Sequence record: NC_070958.1
DNA: 64,000 bases
Strand: one strand, 5' to 3'
Part shown: positions 46,913-57,100 of the stretch, piece by piece
How positions within the stretch are numbered: position 1 is the first letter of the stretch
Layout of the letters: each line of letters opens with the position of its first letter
Position numbers and translations under genes: made by a program
Notes under the pieces: generated by a model
The model's database searches: none
What the model was told of the DNA's origin: nothing
Seen by the model: the letters and a program-made list of their open reading frames with translations, nothing else

Positions 46913-47588
46913 TCGCTGGGATTGGATACCGCTGACTCTCCGGTCAGTCTCCGGTTTCAACTCGTGTATCACGGTTGCTCTTACATCCGTTATCTTTATG
47001 GTCACCATTCGTGACGCTGTGTTAGCATCTACGATAGGGTGGTTCAATGGAGTCACTATCACCATCATGACGGTGGCTCCCATTGTTATTGCCTGGCATT
47101 TTACTAATGCTCGTGGTATGCTGGAAAAGGTTCTCAAGATGCCTCCGTCCGAAGATGGGCTGGTAGAATCGGTTAAATCCGAAGTTCAATCAGCACATAA
47201 CTCGCTTGGTAATCTCGAGACTTGTACAACTGAAGAATGTGATCAACACACCATCCCGCAAGGACTTGGTGTAATCACTGAGAGGGACGTCGGTATCGAA
47301 CGTGAGATCTTTGGTTTCACAACGGTGCTCCTTAGGGCCATCGCCGGTTTCATCGCCTCCCATGCTATCTGTATGGGGAGTATCATTTATACCTTCACTA
47401 TTCGTAGTGCTGTTATAACTGGTAAAGGGATGCCGGGGGATGTGGAAGTCTTTCTTGCAATCATCGGTCCTGTGATTACTAGCTGGAGCTTTATGCGTGC
47501 AGCTAATACGATCAGTGCATTGATGACCGGGACAACCGCAGTGATTAAGATGCGGAAACGTATAGCGGAGTTAATTTCTCCAAAGTAA
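46878..47588 (+). CDS. Integral membrane protein, about 4 predicted TM helices
   Basis: Two pairs of hydrophobic segments separated by an acidic loop; basic C-terminus KMRKR. Confidence 0.7.
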   Translation: MIKRVKPQPRPDRWDWIPLTLRSVSGFNSCITVALTSVIFMVTIRDAVLASTIGWFNGVTITIMTVAPIVIAWHFTNARGMLEKVLKMPPSEDGLVESVKSEVQSAHNSLGNLETCTTEECDQHTIPQGLGVITERDVGIEREIFGFTTVLLRAIAGFIASHAICMGSIIYTFTIRSAVITGKGMPGDVEVFLAIIGPVITSWSFMRAANTISALMTGTTAVIKMRKRIAELISPK

Positions 47589-47590
47589 TA

Positions 47591-47630
47591 AAGACCCCCT
47601 ACCCCGTCCTTTCGGATGGGGTAGGGGTTT
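47591..47630. terminator. Bidirectional terminator, CC-GAAA-GG family (inverted relative of 8484)
   Basis: CCCCTACCCCGTCC-TTTC-GGATGGGGTAGGGG followed by TTTT. Confidence 0.8.
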
Positions 47631-47641
47631 TGTCAGTACAC

Positions 47642-48094
47642 TTATTTTTTCTTGACGTAGTCCTTGTTAAACTCGTCGATGATCTTATTAATATTAATAA
47701 TGAGCTGATCAATGGTACTCCTGAGGGCATTGATCGTTTCTGCGTCATTATCCAACTCTTTGGTTGTGGCAATAAGTATCAGTCGTGTCGAATTGTAACA
47801 AGCGTCTTTGGCAACGGTTTTGGTGCAGTCGTTTTGACTCAAGAATTGACCGAGCTGCTCCATCCTTGCTTGTTTAGGTTTCCATCCAGGGGAGTAAACC
47901 TCAGCAGGAATGAGAGTCAGGTCATCCTTCATTAACTGCAACTGATCTTTATAAAGCTGGAGCTTTGCCAGTTCCGTCTTCATCTCCACGTACGTGCCCG
48001 CTGCGGTTACTTTGGGCTGTGAGACGCAACTGGTCATTATAAAGATCATCGAGAGGACTATTGCCATCCGACTCACTATATCCGTAAGTTTCAT
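47642..48094 (-). CDS. o-spanin (outer-membrane lipoprotein); start moved to ATG 48094
   Basis: AAGGA SD inside the i-spanin gene; signal MKLTDIVSRMAIVLSMIFIMTS-C (lipobox-like, Val at +2), coiled coils, Cys pair CTKTVAKDAC. Confidence 0.7.
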   Translation of the reverse strand: MKLTDIVSRMAIVLSMIFIMTSCVSQPKVTAAGTYVEMKTELAKLQLYKDQLQLMKDDLTLIPAEVYSPGWKPKQARMEQLGQFLSQNDCTKTVAKDACYNSTRLILIATTKELDNDAETINALRSTIDQLIININKIIDEFNKDYVKKK

Positions 48095-48386
48095 AGATAT
48101 CCTTGTATCCACGTTTAAGCAACTGATTGTTGACAATGAGTTGACGTTCCAACCCAGCTGCCCACTCGCGCTGCGCAACTGCCGCCTTGGCTATTTCATC
48201 AGAGACCTTGGCGAAGTTATCGACAGCACTTACCAGTTGATTGACCGTGGCCGTATTCAGTTTATTCGGATCTTCCCGGAAGAATGTACTGTACATAAAT
48301 CCGAGTACCAAAATCCAGATACCTATCACAGCAAAGAGTTTCGTCTTCGCTCCTTCAGTACCCGGGATAGATGGGAGTCCTAACAT
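47949..48386 (-). CDS. i-spanin (inner-membrane anchored)
   Basis: Single N-terminal TM helix (LFAVIGIWILVLGFMYSTFF) plus a helical periplasmic domain; 3' end overlaps the lipoprotein gene out of frame by 146 nt. Confidence 0.7.
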   Translation of the reverse strand: MLGLPSIPGTEGAKTKLFAVIGIWILVLGFMYSTFFREDPNKLNTATVNQLVSAVDNFAKVSDEIAKAAVAQREWAAGLERQLIVNNQLLKRGYKDIYETYGYSESDGNSPLDDLYNDQLRLTAQSNRSGHVRGDEDGTGKAPAL

Positions 48387-48387
48387 C

Positions 48388-49620
48388 TTATTTCACCTTG
48401 AAATTGATGCCGTGGATCTTAAAGAAGAACCCTTTCACCAGAGTGCAGGGATTCCCTTGGTTGACATACATGGAGTTAACCTTATGACCGCCAAGTGTAC
48501 CCGTCGTCTGGATCGGGTAAATCCTGTTGATCCTGAGGTCCACGTTTAAGATACGCTGCTTTATCCCGTAAGAACGCATATACGGAACAGGGAACAGCCC
48601 GTTGTCGAGCACAATAGGATGCTGGAAGCGTTCCTCGGTGTGCATCGCACTGGGGTAGAGGAAAGTGGTCAAAGGGACCAAATCCACTGCCAGTGTTGGG
48701 TTATCAATCAGCACGAGGAAGGAGTTGTGCATAGTCAGTGCTTCTTCCTTATACTGATCAAGTTTCGTCATATCCTTAAGTTCCGGAGTGACGGTGTAAT
48801 TACTGAATACCTGGTGATGACGCATCGCATCAAAACCATGAAGTCTTACTGAAAGATGATCAGAACTCACTCGGTCCAACATGTCCTGGTCAACAAGCAG
48901 TTGGCCATTCACAACAATCCAAACGGTCCTGTTGTCAAGCTTGTTTGCTCCGACCTTGATCTTCCAACGTCGCTCACCATTACTAGGCACGGTGGTCAAC
49001 ATATCCTTGGTGATCGGCAGTGTGGTGACTTTACCGAGCTTCTCAAATGACATAGCGCCGATACGAAGATCCTGTTTCTTCTTGATGTAGTCATTTCCGG
49101 CACCAAGGAGATAGATCCCATCTTGACGTCCGATAGACCTGTAGAAAACACCGTTACATGTGAACAAAGCGTGATCAGATTGCTTGTTGTAATTGATCCC
49201 TGACTTGTACATGTAGTGCTTTACCAGAAGGTCAGGAGCCCCGTCTGACAAGAGGTCAGACTGTCTATCCTTTGTAAGGTTTATATCACCTGGGAAGTGG
49301 AAATAGCCGTGAGTGAACAATCGTTCCAGTTTCACGTACTCGGCTTTATCTTCCGGGATGACATTGCTGGTTTTCAAAATGGTTGTTTTCTGAAGATCCA
49401 ACCACTCTTGGATGACAAGATCAGAGTTAGCGATGAAGCTAGCGTGATGGTCTTCCAAAGTGATACAAATCTTCTCTTTGTACATTTCATCATTGACGAC
49501 TATGTAGAGCATGGAGAACAGTTTATCCAGGTCACCTAGTCGGTAATTAGAAATGTCTGCAAAGTGGTAACCAGGAATGTATCCCTTATACCGCCCAACC
49601 GCATATAAGTATTTGTACAT
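48388..49620 (-). CDS. Probable virion structural protein (tail/baseplate)
   Basis: 410 aa, AGGA SD, divergent from the tail-fibre cluster; function inferred. Confidence 0.5.
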   Translation of the reverse strand: MYKYLYAVGRYKGYIPGYHFADISNYRLGDLDKLFSMLYIVVNDEMYKEKICITLEDHHASFIANSDLVIQEWLDLQKTTILKTSNVIPEDKAEYVKLERLFTHGYFHFPGDINLTKDRQSDLLSDGAPDLLVKHYMYKSGINYNKQSDHALFTCNGVFYRSIGRQDGIYLLGAGNDYIKKKQDLRIGAMSFEKLGKVTTLPITKDMLTTVPSNGERRWKIKVGANKLDNRTVWIVVNGQLLVDQDMLDRVSSDHLSVRLHGFDAMRHHQVFSNYTVTPELKDMTKLDQYKEEALTMHNSFLVLIDNPTLAVDLVPLTTFLYPSAMHTEERFQHPIVLDNGLFPVPYMRSYGIKQRILNVDLRINRIYPIQTTGTLGGHKVNSMYVNQGNPCTLVKGFFFKIHGINFKVK

Positions 49621-49650
49621 ATTCTTTCCTAATTGTTTACGAGGTTCTGC

Positions 49651-50406
49651 ATGGCAAACAATTCAATTAAGGGGCTTCCGGTCTACCCCTGGAACCCTTT
49701 CAACGACATGACGATTAACGAGATCAAAGGTGAAATCGTTAACGTGCAACCGACTCCTGGTGGGTCTATCATCATTCCACGCTGCGCTCCCTTCTTTGCG
49801 AGAGGGCTCAAAGTCATACACCGCGCATCGGGACGGGAATTGGAATTGAAGAAGGGTGAATTCTCACTTCTTTATCCGTTCGGCTCTTTCATTTCCAGGT
49901 ACAGCCAACTGGTGTATAGTGGGATACTGATCAACGGTGTCACAGAACCCACTAACTTTGAGCTTGAGTACAGCACCATAGGCGGTGATTTCGTACTGGA
50001 TGACGTTGCTTACGCTCAGGCCGTGGCCAACACACTCACCAGCCCACGACGCGCTGATTGGAGCGAACTTGTTAACCTTCCGCCCGCCTGGCCGGCAGAT
50101 CCCCACGATCATCCCGCATCGGATACCTTTAACTACTCCGATATGATCATCGCCCTCCAAAGTTACATCGACGCCATGACTGGCGGCGGTAACCCGGAGT
50201 CTATCAAGTCCTTACTGGACGATCACTTGAAGGCTGACCTCCAGGACGCTCACAAAGCCACACTGGGTGATCTCGGGATTAAGAATCTCCAAGACTGGGC
50301 CATGGCAAAACAAGAAGATATTGGTGGTAATTCAGAAGAGTTGCTCGTTAATATCAACGTGCTGAAGGCTGCGATCAGGCAACATGCCGCAGGGCAATGG
50401 CAATAA
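49651..50406 (+). CDS. Tail-fibre-related structural protein; start moved to ATG 49651
   Basis: IIPRCAPFF and WSELVNLPPAWPADPHDH align by eye with IPNAAPFY and WDNIDNKPLWFVPELHQH of the next gene, so it shares their N-terminal module. Confidence 0.6.
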   Translation: MANNSIKGLPVYPWNPFNDMTINEIKGEIVNVQPTPGGSIIIPRCAPFFARGLKVIHRASGRELELKKGEFSLLYPFGSFISRYSQLVYSGILINGVTEPTNFELEYSTIGGDFVLDDVAYAQAVANTLTSPRRADWSELVNLPPAWPADPHDHPASDTFNYSDMIIALQSYIDAMTGGGNPESIKSLLDDHLKADLQDAHKATLGDLGIKNLQDWAMAKQEDIGGNSEELLVNINVLKAAIRQHAAGQWQ

Positions 50407-50417
50407 CCCTAATACAT

Positions 50418-50450
50418 AAGGAGGGGGTCTGATGACTCCCTCCTTTTATT
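50418..50450 (+). terminator. Intrinsic terminator
   Basis: AAGGAGGGGGTC-TGAT-GACTCCCTCCTT then TTATT. Confidence 0.75.
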
Positions 50451-50465
50451 CCGCAGGAAATTAAC

Positions 50466-53400
50466 ATGAATAGAATTGACGTTCCTTTATATTCCTTGGA
50501 TCTCACAGGAGAATCTCCTTTCAATAGGGTAACCAGGGAAGAAGGTGTTCGTTCAAGTAACCAGTTGGTTATACCTAACGCAGCACCTTTCTACATTGAT
50601 TCCGTGACCATAACCCATGTGGACGGAACACCAATGGACCTCGGAAAGGACTATGACTTCTATGGGATCCTGGCAAATCTCACAGAGTACACGGCAAAGT
50701 CGGTCGGGCTTTACATTCGTTTCCTGAATGACGATATCAAGGAATGGATAGTTAGTTATAACACCGTAGGTAACTTCAACAAGATTACCACGGAAATTCT
50801 GAACATGCTCAAAGCGATCACGGAGGACGATCGACCGGTACACTGGGATAACATAGACAACAAACCACTCTGGTTCGTTCCCGAGCTCCACCAACATGAT
50901 TACACGTTCCATTTCTTCGGGTTTAGTGACCTGGCGAGAGAACTGCTCCGTGTTCAGCAATACAGCGCCCTTTTCAATGACGGTGTCCAGACCGATCTGG
51001 ACATGTTCAACATGCGCCTGGAGAGCTACATATCCGAATACCAGGGGGTGTTGAATCGGCTTATAACACGCCACGACACCAGTAAGGCCGACCCTCACGG
51101 CGTCTGGAAGACGGACATCGGTCTTGACAACGTGGACAACTTTAAGACCGCAACCCTCCAAGAAACCCTGGAAGGACTTCGTGACGATCTCCACATCACT
51201 GTCAACAACGCAGCACAGGCAATAGAAATTACTAAAGTTAGTAACGAGAGACTTTTCCCTGCCGGGACACTCCCTTTACTCCGTTATGGTAACGATAGTT
51301 TCATCCCCCCGAAAATAGACGGTTCCTTCGAGGGAATGGGTGGTTACAACTTTAGACTCGGTGTCGTACGTGAGAGTAGTGGGGAGATGGTCGCACTCCA
51401 ACATCGCAATGATGGTGTGGTCCGCGGACTCTACTTCCTGAAGTGTGATGACCCTTATGCCAAAAATCCCAACTGGTCGTATACCAGTTATCGGTACATT
51501 CACCCGACGGCTGTTGCCGACGGTGCCAACATTGACTCTGTGATCAATGGTAGTGGCCAGTATGTGTTGGTGATTGGGGACTCGGTTAAAGGAATTTGGT
51601 ACTGGTGTGAAACCAACGGGACCCTGGATCCCTCTAAACACGTGCTCAAACGCATCTCTGGTGATTTCATCAATGTCAATCACGGGATGGGTCAATCACT
51701 CACCCTACTGGTTGATAGTGATTACGCTGACCAGTGGTTTATCATGGGCTCCATGACTAATTCCGAAGTTAAGGCAGCTAGACCTGACTATCCCACATCA
51801 GTTGAAACAGGTGGTGGTGACCGTAGTGTAGAAGCAATGAGATTCTTCTCTTGTATTGCGTCATCTACAGCCGTGAATCTCTGCACTGTGGATTTCAAGG
51901 AGCAAGATGGTAAGACCCCTAAGGACAAAATCTGGATGCCTTATACCAGAACGGTGGTTTCTCCGAACACGATTACTGGTTATGAAGCGGAGTACGAAAC
52001 TCCGGCAATAACGGTGTGGAATTACCGTGGCATTCAGGGCATGTGTAAAAGAACAGCGGTTCAGAGAGAATACGCATTCCGTTTGTACAACTATATCTAT
52101 CGGATAGAGAAAACTACTGGTCTGGCTTCTGGTTCACGGCCTGTCTGGAAGGGAACATTGAAACTCGACCCGGTTACCAACACCGTAAAAGTACTTCCCG
52201 GTCCCGGTGAAAAACGATATCGGATCTCCATTAAACCGAATGACGATACCGGTGTTGAAAATGATCTCTTTGTAAACTGGAAGACAAGTTCTCTAGCCAC
52301 GCTCACCGATGATGTTTCAAGAGGATATGCCGAATTCGACCATAACGGTAATGCGATATACGTATCTCCCGTTGTATCCGGATCGTTACCTGGGCAAGTG
52401 ACCCTTTATAAAACAGACGCCCCACTCACTCCGGAAAGATTAATTGGTGCCAGGTCCGACTTTGACTATGTTGAAGTCAGCAAAACACCCATGCCGGAGG
52501 TTAACCCTGCTGGGTTGGCTGTTGGACTCACGGAACCAATGTCAATTCTCGGAGACACAAATCGCCCTGAAACGGCTATCGTTCTCGGTACTCAACTCTC
52601 TATGGAAAATGGAGAGATAAAAATAGAATGGGTTGGTCGCCCCACCCCGTTCATGAACCCTGACTGGACTGGTAACACTTCGTTACTCCAACCCATTACA
52701 ATCGGTGGTGTTCAGGTTAAGGGGTACCCTCTGACACCGGAGACGTATACGTGTTCCATGGGACCGTACAAGTTCTGGTCTCTACACGGGTTCTCCGTGA
52801 TACCAGAAGTTAGTAGTTCTGTAAGAGAACGCTGGACGAGGAGCTGTGGTGCCGATGGGATGGCGAACATCAATGGAACACCAACCTCCCAAACCGATTT
52901 CTTGTTCCCGAAGATTTGCAGGCACGAGATTGTTGGTAGGGAAGTCAGGATTATTCCCGTTGAAGTTTACAATGTCGAGAGTATGTTGTCCGGCCAGATC
53001 AAGACTTATTTGGATGGAAAGGGGATAAATACAGAAACCATCAAAATGACTTGGACGATGAGTCCCATTTACAACCGGAAGGGAGAAGAGCGTGTACTTC
53101 TCATGGTTTCCAGTCGCAAGCCAGGTGACGGACTTCGCGATGTAGAAGCTATCGTTATGGTGGGTCAATTGAAAGGTGTTGGTAATCCGATTACCAAAGA
53201 TGGTTATAAATACTACGAACACTCTACATTTGACTTCGGTGACAAGCACCACGTCGGACCTGCTTTGGCCGCACCGTCCACAGGACTCGCTCCTGGCGGT
53301 CCAATCCATGCGTGGCGAGCAGGGTTCTGTGTGGCTGATATTAACACCGGAACTACACCCGGGTCCGCCGATCAAACTTGTATTTATCTCCGGACGATAC

Positions 53401-54092
53401 ATAGGTACACTATTGTCGGGGACACGGTTCCCATAAACCTGCTTATTGAAATGGGGAACGATTTCTCAATAACCAGGTCAGCGGTAAAACCAACAGGTTC
53501 GTCACCTTACTCGGCCAGTATTTGCGCTTCTCCTGGGAATACCATGGGATACATATCGTCTAACGACGTCAACTTGGCTCGTGGGGCGTGTGTGGTGGCG
53601 GGTGGACTCCGTTGGGGGACCAGTCGGTTTGATATCTTGGCCTCGGCCGATCCAGGTGCTGGCGTGGAGAAACGGTTGTTGATTAGTAACTTACTCGTTT
53701 CAGCCTTCACCGTTTATTTCCAGGCGGCTGATAACGTTCTGCTGGGTGGTAGAGCGTATGATGTAAAAGCAACCTATATCGATATTCGGGATTTTGATAG
53801 CAACCCAGCTAACAAAACCTTCTATATTTATCTTAGGTTTGCTGGCGGTCAACCGACCTACCAGATCGAACGAGCACCTACTCCGGAAACAGCGACAAGC
53901 GCTTGCGTTGCCGTTGTAAAGACTGGTGCTACCAGAATAGAGACGGTAGTTCCCTATAATCGATTCTTGATGAACGGAGTGGAGATCAGTAGTAAACGGC
54001 GAGGAGCGGCAATACTTTCCCCGGCCGGCAGTATCTTCGATAAGGGTTCTTTAGCGCCCATCATCAGTGAATCTGATTTCTTGCCAGGGTAA
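50466..54092 (+). CDS. Tail fibre/baseplate paralog 1
   Basis: 1208 aa; DPHGV..DIGLDNVDNFKTAT and FIPPKIDGSFEG shared with paralog 2; beta-rich body. Confidence 0.7.
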   Translation: MNRIDVPLYSLDLTGESPFNRVTREEGVRSSNQLVIPNAAPFYIDSVTITHVDGTPMDLGKDYDFYGILANLTEYTAKSVGLYIRFLNDDIKEWIVSYNTVGNFNKITTEILNMLKAITEDDRPVHWDNIDNKPLWFVPELHQHDYTFHFFGFSDLARELLRVQQYSALFNDGVQTDLDMFNMRLESYISEYQGVLNRLITRHDTSKADPHGVWKTDIGLDNVDNFKTATLQETLEGLRDDLHITVNNAAQAIEITKVSNERLFPAGTLPLLRYGNDSFIPPKIDGSFEGMGGYNFRLGVVRESSGEMVALQHRNDGVVRGLYFLKCDDPYAKNPNWSYTSYRYIHPTAVADGANIDSVINGSGQYVLVIGDSVKGIWYWCETNGTLDPSKHVLKRISGDFINVNHGMGQSLTLLVDSDYADQWFIMGSMTNSEVKAARPDYPTSVETGGGDRSVEAMRFFSCIASSTAVNLCTVDFKEQDGKTPKDKIWMPYTRTVVSPNTITGYEAEYETPAITVWNYRGIQGMCKRTAVQREYAFRLYNYIYRIEKTTGLASGSRPVWKGTLKLDPVTNTVKVLPGPGEKRYRISIKPNDDTGVENDLFVNWKTSSLATLTDDVSRGYAEFDHNGNAIYVSPVVSGSLPGQVTLYKTDAPLTPERLIGARSDFDYVEVSKTPMPEVNPAGLAVGLTEPMSILGDTNRPETAIVLGTQLSMENGEIKIEWVGRPTPFMNPDWTGNTSLLQPITIGGVQVKGYPLTPETYTCSMGPYKFWSLHGFSVIPEVSSSVRERWTRSCGADGMANINGTPTSQTDFLFPKICRHEIVGREVRIIPVEVYNVESMLSGQIKTYLDGKGINTETIKMTWTMSPIYNRKGEERVLLMVSSRKPGDGLRDVEAIVMVGQLKGVGNPITKDGYKYYEHSTFDFGDKHHVGPALAAPSTGLAPGGPIHAWRAGFCVADINTGTTPGSADQTCIYLRTIHRYTIVGDTVPINLLIEMGNDFSITRSAVKPTGSSPYSASICASPGNTMGYISSNDVNLARGACVVAGGLRWGTSRFDILASADPGAGVEKRLLISNLLVSAFTVYFQAADNVLLGGRAYDVKATYIDIRDFDSNPANKTFYIYLRFAGGQPTYQIERAPTPETATSACVAVVKTGATRIETVVPYNRFLMNGVEISSKRRGAAILSPAGSIFDKGSLAPIISESDFLPG

Positions 54093-54105
54093 TAAATAAC
54101 AAGAC

Positions 54106-54140
54106 GAGAGTGCGATCTTTTGATCGCACTCTCTCTTTAC
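54106..54140 (+). terminator. Intrinsic terminator
   Basis: GAGAGTGCGATC-TTTT-GATCGCACTCTC then TCTTT. Confidence 0.75.
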
Positions 54141-54164
54141 TTCTATTTGTTCTAAGAGGAAAAC

Positions 54165-57100
54165 ATGAAAGATATCGAGATTGTCAAAATTGACTACTCG
54201 GCGGCGGATCCGGCATACAAGGTAAAAGAGAAACATGTCATAAAAGACATTTCCGTGCCATGGCTGGTACCCGACCAAGGGCCGTATTACACAACGGGGT
54301 TGCGTTTGTACAATGCAGGAACACCCCTCACTTATGAAAAGGACTACATCTACGACACCCCGGCTAGTGAACTCACTGACCGGTTGGGTCGGGATGTTTA
54401 TCACTTTATCATCCTCCGTGATCACATTGTGTCCAGTGCAACAGCAATTGACATTGAGTATCAAAAGGTTGGAAACCCCATGTTGGGGAGGAATCAACTG
54501 TTACAGATGCTGGACGACCTGATCATCTCCGGTAAACCTATTGACATAACAACCAGTGTCATAGGGATGCCGGAAACATTCCCTAGCGCCAAGCACTCCA
54601 TGGATGTTACCAAGCCAGAGGAAGTTGTGGGGTTTGGTAACTTGATGATGTTGTTTAGTATTCTGTCAGGGCGTGTCGCCGGCAATGGCGATTACGTTAA
54701 GGAATTACTGGACAAGCTCAAAACTGACAACTTCAAGAGACTGGACTATATCCAGAACCTGCAATGGAATGCAATTATCAACCACACCAGTCGGGTAAGA
54801 AACCCCCACGGGGTTAAAGCCGATAATGTCGAGTTGGGTAAACTGGAAAACTACAAAACAGCCACCCCGGCACAGGAGATAGAAGGGACGCGCTCTGATC
54901 TCTACTCTACTCCACATGGACTGGGAGAGATAATCCGTGAAACAGAACCAGATTCAGAAGAATTCGTTTTCCAGAACGAACTTCCCTTCAGTTATTATGG
55001 TTCTGGTCTTTATCTTCCTCCCCCAATATCTGGGTCTTTCGAAGGTCTGGGAGCCGATATAGAAAACGGCACCTTTGTACAAGAAGGTAACGGGTGGGTG
55101 GTAGGTCTTTCGCGAATGTTCGATGGTCGGTTGCGGAACCTCTATTACATTTATGATCAGGGATTGGACGATATCCCTAACGTGGGAAATTTCAGGAACA
55201 GTTATGTACAATACAGGCATCCTACCATAGACGCAGCGGGTTGTTCAGCAACCATGACGATGTCTGGGTCCGGTGCCGATGTACTGGTGGTGGGTGACCA
55301 GGAGAAAAACCGGTACTGGATAACAGATCCTAATTCCACTTTGGATCCTACGGCTCACGTGTTCAAGGAAATGGACCTTAGTGTCTATTCTAACCGTAAA
55401 GATTGGCAGTACTGGGTGAACGCATCCTCTAACATTTTCAAAGTTGGTGGGTACTTCTACCTGATGGTCTATAACGACGAAAATATAGAAGGTATCGACA
55501 GCACCGGATACGTGTTAGCAAACGCGGCGGGTTGGTTGTGTCGTTGTCCCGTGGCGGATCTAACCAACCCGAACAAACCGACGATGGTTTTCCAGGCTGT
55601 TAATCTTACCTACGACAACTTGCGTAGGGAAAGACGTGTCAACCAATCCGCATTTAGCATTGATCGTTGGGAGCGCAACGCTAACGGATTTACGTCAGGT
55701 CTCGGATGCCGATTTGGATCCAATACCGTGGAACTGATGTCACACCGTCGACGAGCAATGATTTTCTGTCCCAACCCCAACAATGAAAACGTCATCGCGG
55801 TGAAAATACTCTTCATTGTTAGGACGGTAAGAAGGACGCAGTTTGGTAACGTGGCAAGACAAGTTACAATGGCAGTGGATTACACCTTTGACGCGACAAC
55901 CAACACCCTGGCACTCAGTCCCAAATGGAAATACGTGACCTTAGACGAAGCAAATGAGATCCCCACCAACCTTGATCAAGAATCTCTTAACCGTCAATGG
56001 TTGACGGCAGGAATGGTGGCCGGTAACAGCGGTCGAAAGGGGATTTTCACATTTGGTGGGACACGTATAAATGTTTCGTTCATACCAGGATACGGTTATA
56101 TCGGGCAATATAGTAGCGCAGATGGCGGTCTGCCACACGCTATCTGTAAGACCTTGGTAAATCCGTCCAGGGATCCGTCAAGGGATTGGGAGTATTTCCA
56201 ACAACCCACAACTTACATCATGCCTAATGGAGAAAGTAACGACGGTACCAATGGTATCAGTTATGAGACACCATTCGGTTTCATGGCGTATCCGGTCTGG
56301 AACGTTGATGTTTTCAACATCAACGGTGTGAATAGCCCCACACCTGTAGAACTGTTCATGGGGTTCAGCCACGATAAAGCCGAAACATTTTTCTATCGTG
56401 AATGCGAACCAGGTGACGGAACCAAGTACCTCCAACGACCGGAGTTGAAACTTTTGTCCGGTGTCACCCCCTATTCCAGGCAAATGAATAGCCGGTACGG
56501 AATTGTCAAAGGTATGCACTCTTACATGGGAAGGGTGAACAATCCCAGATCCAGGGATAAGTACAGTGCGGAGTACGGGTGCTTCTCAGTCCATTGGAAT
56601 GGAGTCCCGGCAAAGCCGCCCAGGTTCACCATCGTTCCAGGTCGTAACGCCAACCCCAGTGCGCCTGTTTATGGTCCCGACAGAGGTATCTACATCCCTC
56701 TGATATGCGAACATGAATTAGCTAATGGGGTCATGACGGTTCGCTCTACTCCAGCTGGATCGGTTTATCTTCCCGCTTATATATGGAGTGAATGGAAAGA
56801 TCGCATCACAAATGGTGAACTATGGCCGTCAATAGACATGTCTGTCGACTTTTACCTCTGTGCTAAAAAGGATGGCGCGCCCCTTGGTCGCAGACACTCG
56901 TACGCGGTGTTTACGTACCATACGACGGATAACCCCTTGGATATTAAACAGGTGATCTCTAAGTTCACTTGGGATACTAACGGCCAAATGCCGGATGGAA
57001 CACCCATTATGAGGGTTAGTTCCGAACAGTATCCGTTCACTTCTGGCATCACAGGAAACCCTCTTAAACCAAAGAGAGACCTGGCACCAGGAGAGACCAA

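Noticed and set aside
14458-49650. Longest-ORF starts at 14458, 15014, 32229, 38075, 48178 and 49633
   Set aside because: Downstream starts (14548, 15065, 32295, 38129, 48094, 49651) have SD sequences or translational coupling; the extensions run into neighbouring genes or promoter regions.
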